From: Callorhinchus milii
Taxonomy: Eukaryota
Length of the DNA: 64,000 bases
Reading direction: 5' to 3'
Assembly (NCBI RefSeq): GCF_018977255.1
Contig: NW_024704742.1
Span: 124,684,001 to 124,748,000, forward strand
Shown: in pieces, positions 63,330-64,000 of the stretch
How positions within the stretch are numbered: the stretch's first letter is position 1
Layout of the letters: the number at the start of each line of letters is the position of its first letter
Program-made: the position numbers and the translations under genes
Notes under the pieces: model-generated
Told to the model about the DNA's origin: nothing
The model's database searches: none
What the model saw: only the letters and a program-made list of their open reading frames with translations

Positions 63330-64000
63330 CGGTGCTCCTTGGGGCTTTCTTCTTCAACCTGTATATGCTCCCTCTTGGTGACATCATCCGCAGACATGGG
63401 GTCAACTTCCACATGTGTGTGGATGGCACCCAACTCTATCTCTCTGCCTCCACCCTCGATCCCAGAACCACTGCTGTCCTGACAGACCGCCTGTCAGACA
63501 TCAAGTCCTGGATGAGGGCCAACTTTCTACAGTTGAACGTCAGCAAGTCTATGGGTTTCCTGATTGGCTCAAGCCAGCGCCTCTGCACCTCATGCACTGG
63601 CAGCATCAGCAATACTCCACCTCACCAAGCCAGTCAGGAACCTAGGTGTCTTGTTCAACTCTCCACTGTCCTTTTTCCCTCACATCTGTGCCATGACCCG
63701 CTCTGCCTTCCTCACCTCCGCAACATTGCCCAACTCCACCACTGCCTCACTACTCAGACCACCAAAATCCTCATACATGTCTTCATTACATCCAGGCTCA
63801 ATTATGCCAATGCCCTGCTTGTCGGCCTTCCCAACTCTTCCCTCCACAAACTGCAGATCATCTAGAACTTTGCAGCTCATGTCCTCTCCCGCACCGGACT
63901 CTGTGACCTCATCACACCCACTCTTGCTCGGCTCCACTGGCTCCCCATTCCTCAGAGAATGAGTTCAAAATTCTCATCCTCACCTTCAAGGCCCTCATGG
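63330..64000 (+). mobile_element. L2 LINE RT region, runs off the window end
   Basis: [27 protein letters not shown] (degenerate YADD) and [10 protein letters not shown]. Confidence 0.92.

Overview
Eukaryotic genomic DNA from a vertebrate, most likely a cartilaginous fish (inferred from the repeat content: L2 and CR1 LINEs, tRNA-derived SINEs and Deu-domain SINEs). The minus strand carries two tandem collagen-binding integrin alpha genes. At 40.8-63.1 kb are the last 14 coding exons of an ITGA1-like gene: thigh/calf domains, transmembrane helix and a GFFKRPLKEKM* tail. All phases join in frame and one intron has a GC donor. About 12 kb downstream are the first three coding exons of an ITGA2-like gene (ATG at 28626; exons 28581-28626, 10712-10838, 2761-2870). 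Introns and the intergenic region are dense with retroelements, including several nested insertions. Most ORFs in the supplied track are repeat-derived or spurious. I see no novel protein-coding system. The most interesting signals are: (1) a young SINE subfamily whose 3' hairpin matches that of the youngest L2; (2) a 21/22-bp minisatellite of splice-donor-like units just upstream of the ITGA2 ATG; (3) a GC-AG intron and an apparently ancestral 100-nt intron in ITGA1; (4) inverted and direct repeats flanking individual exons; (5) a few unclassified TIR or repeat elements. Gene and repeat-family names rest on recalled homology, not on database searches. Repeat boundaries are approximate.
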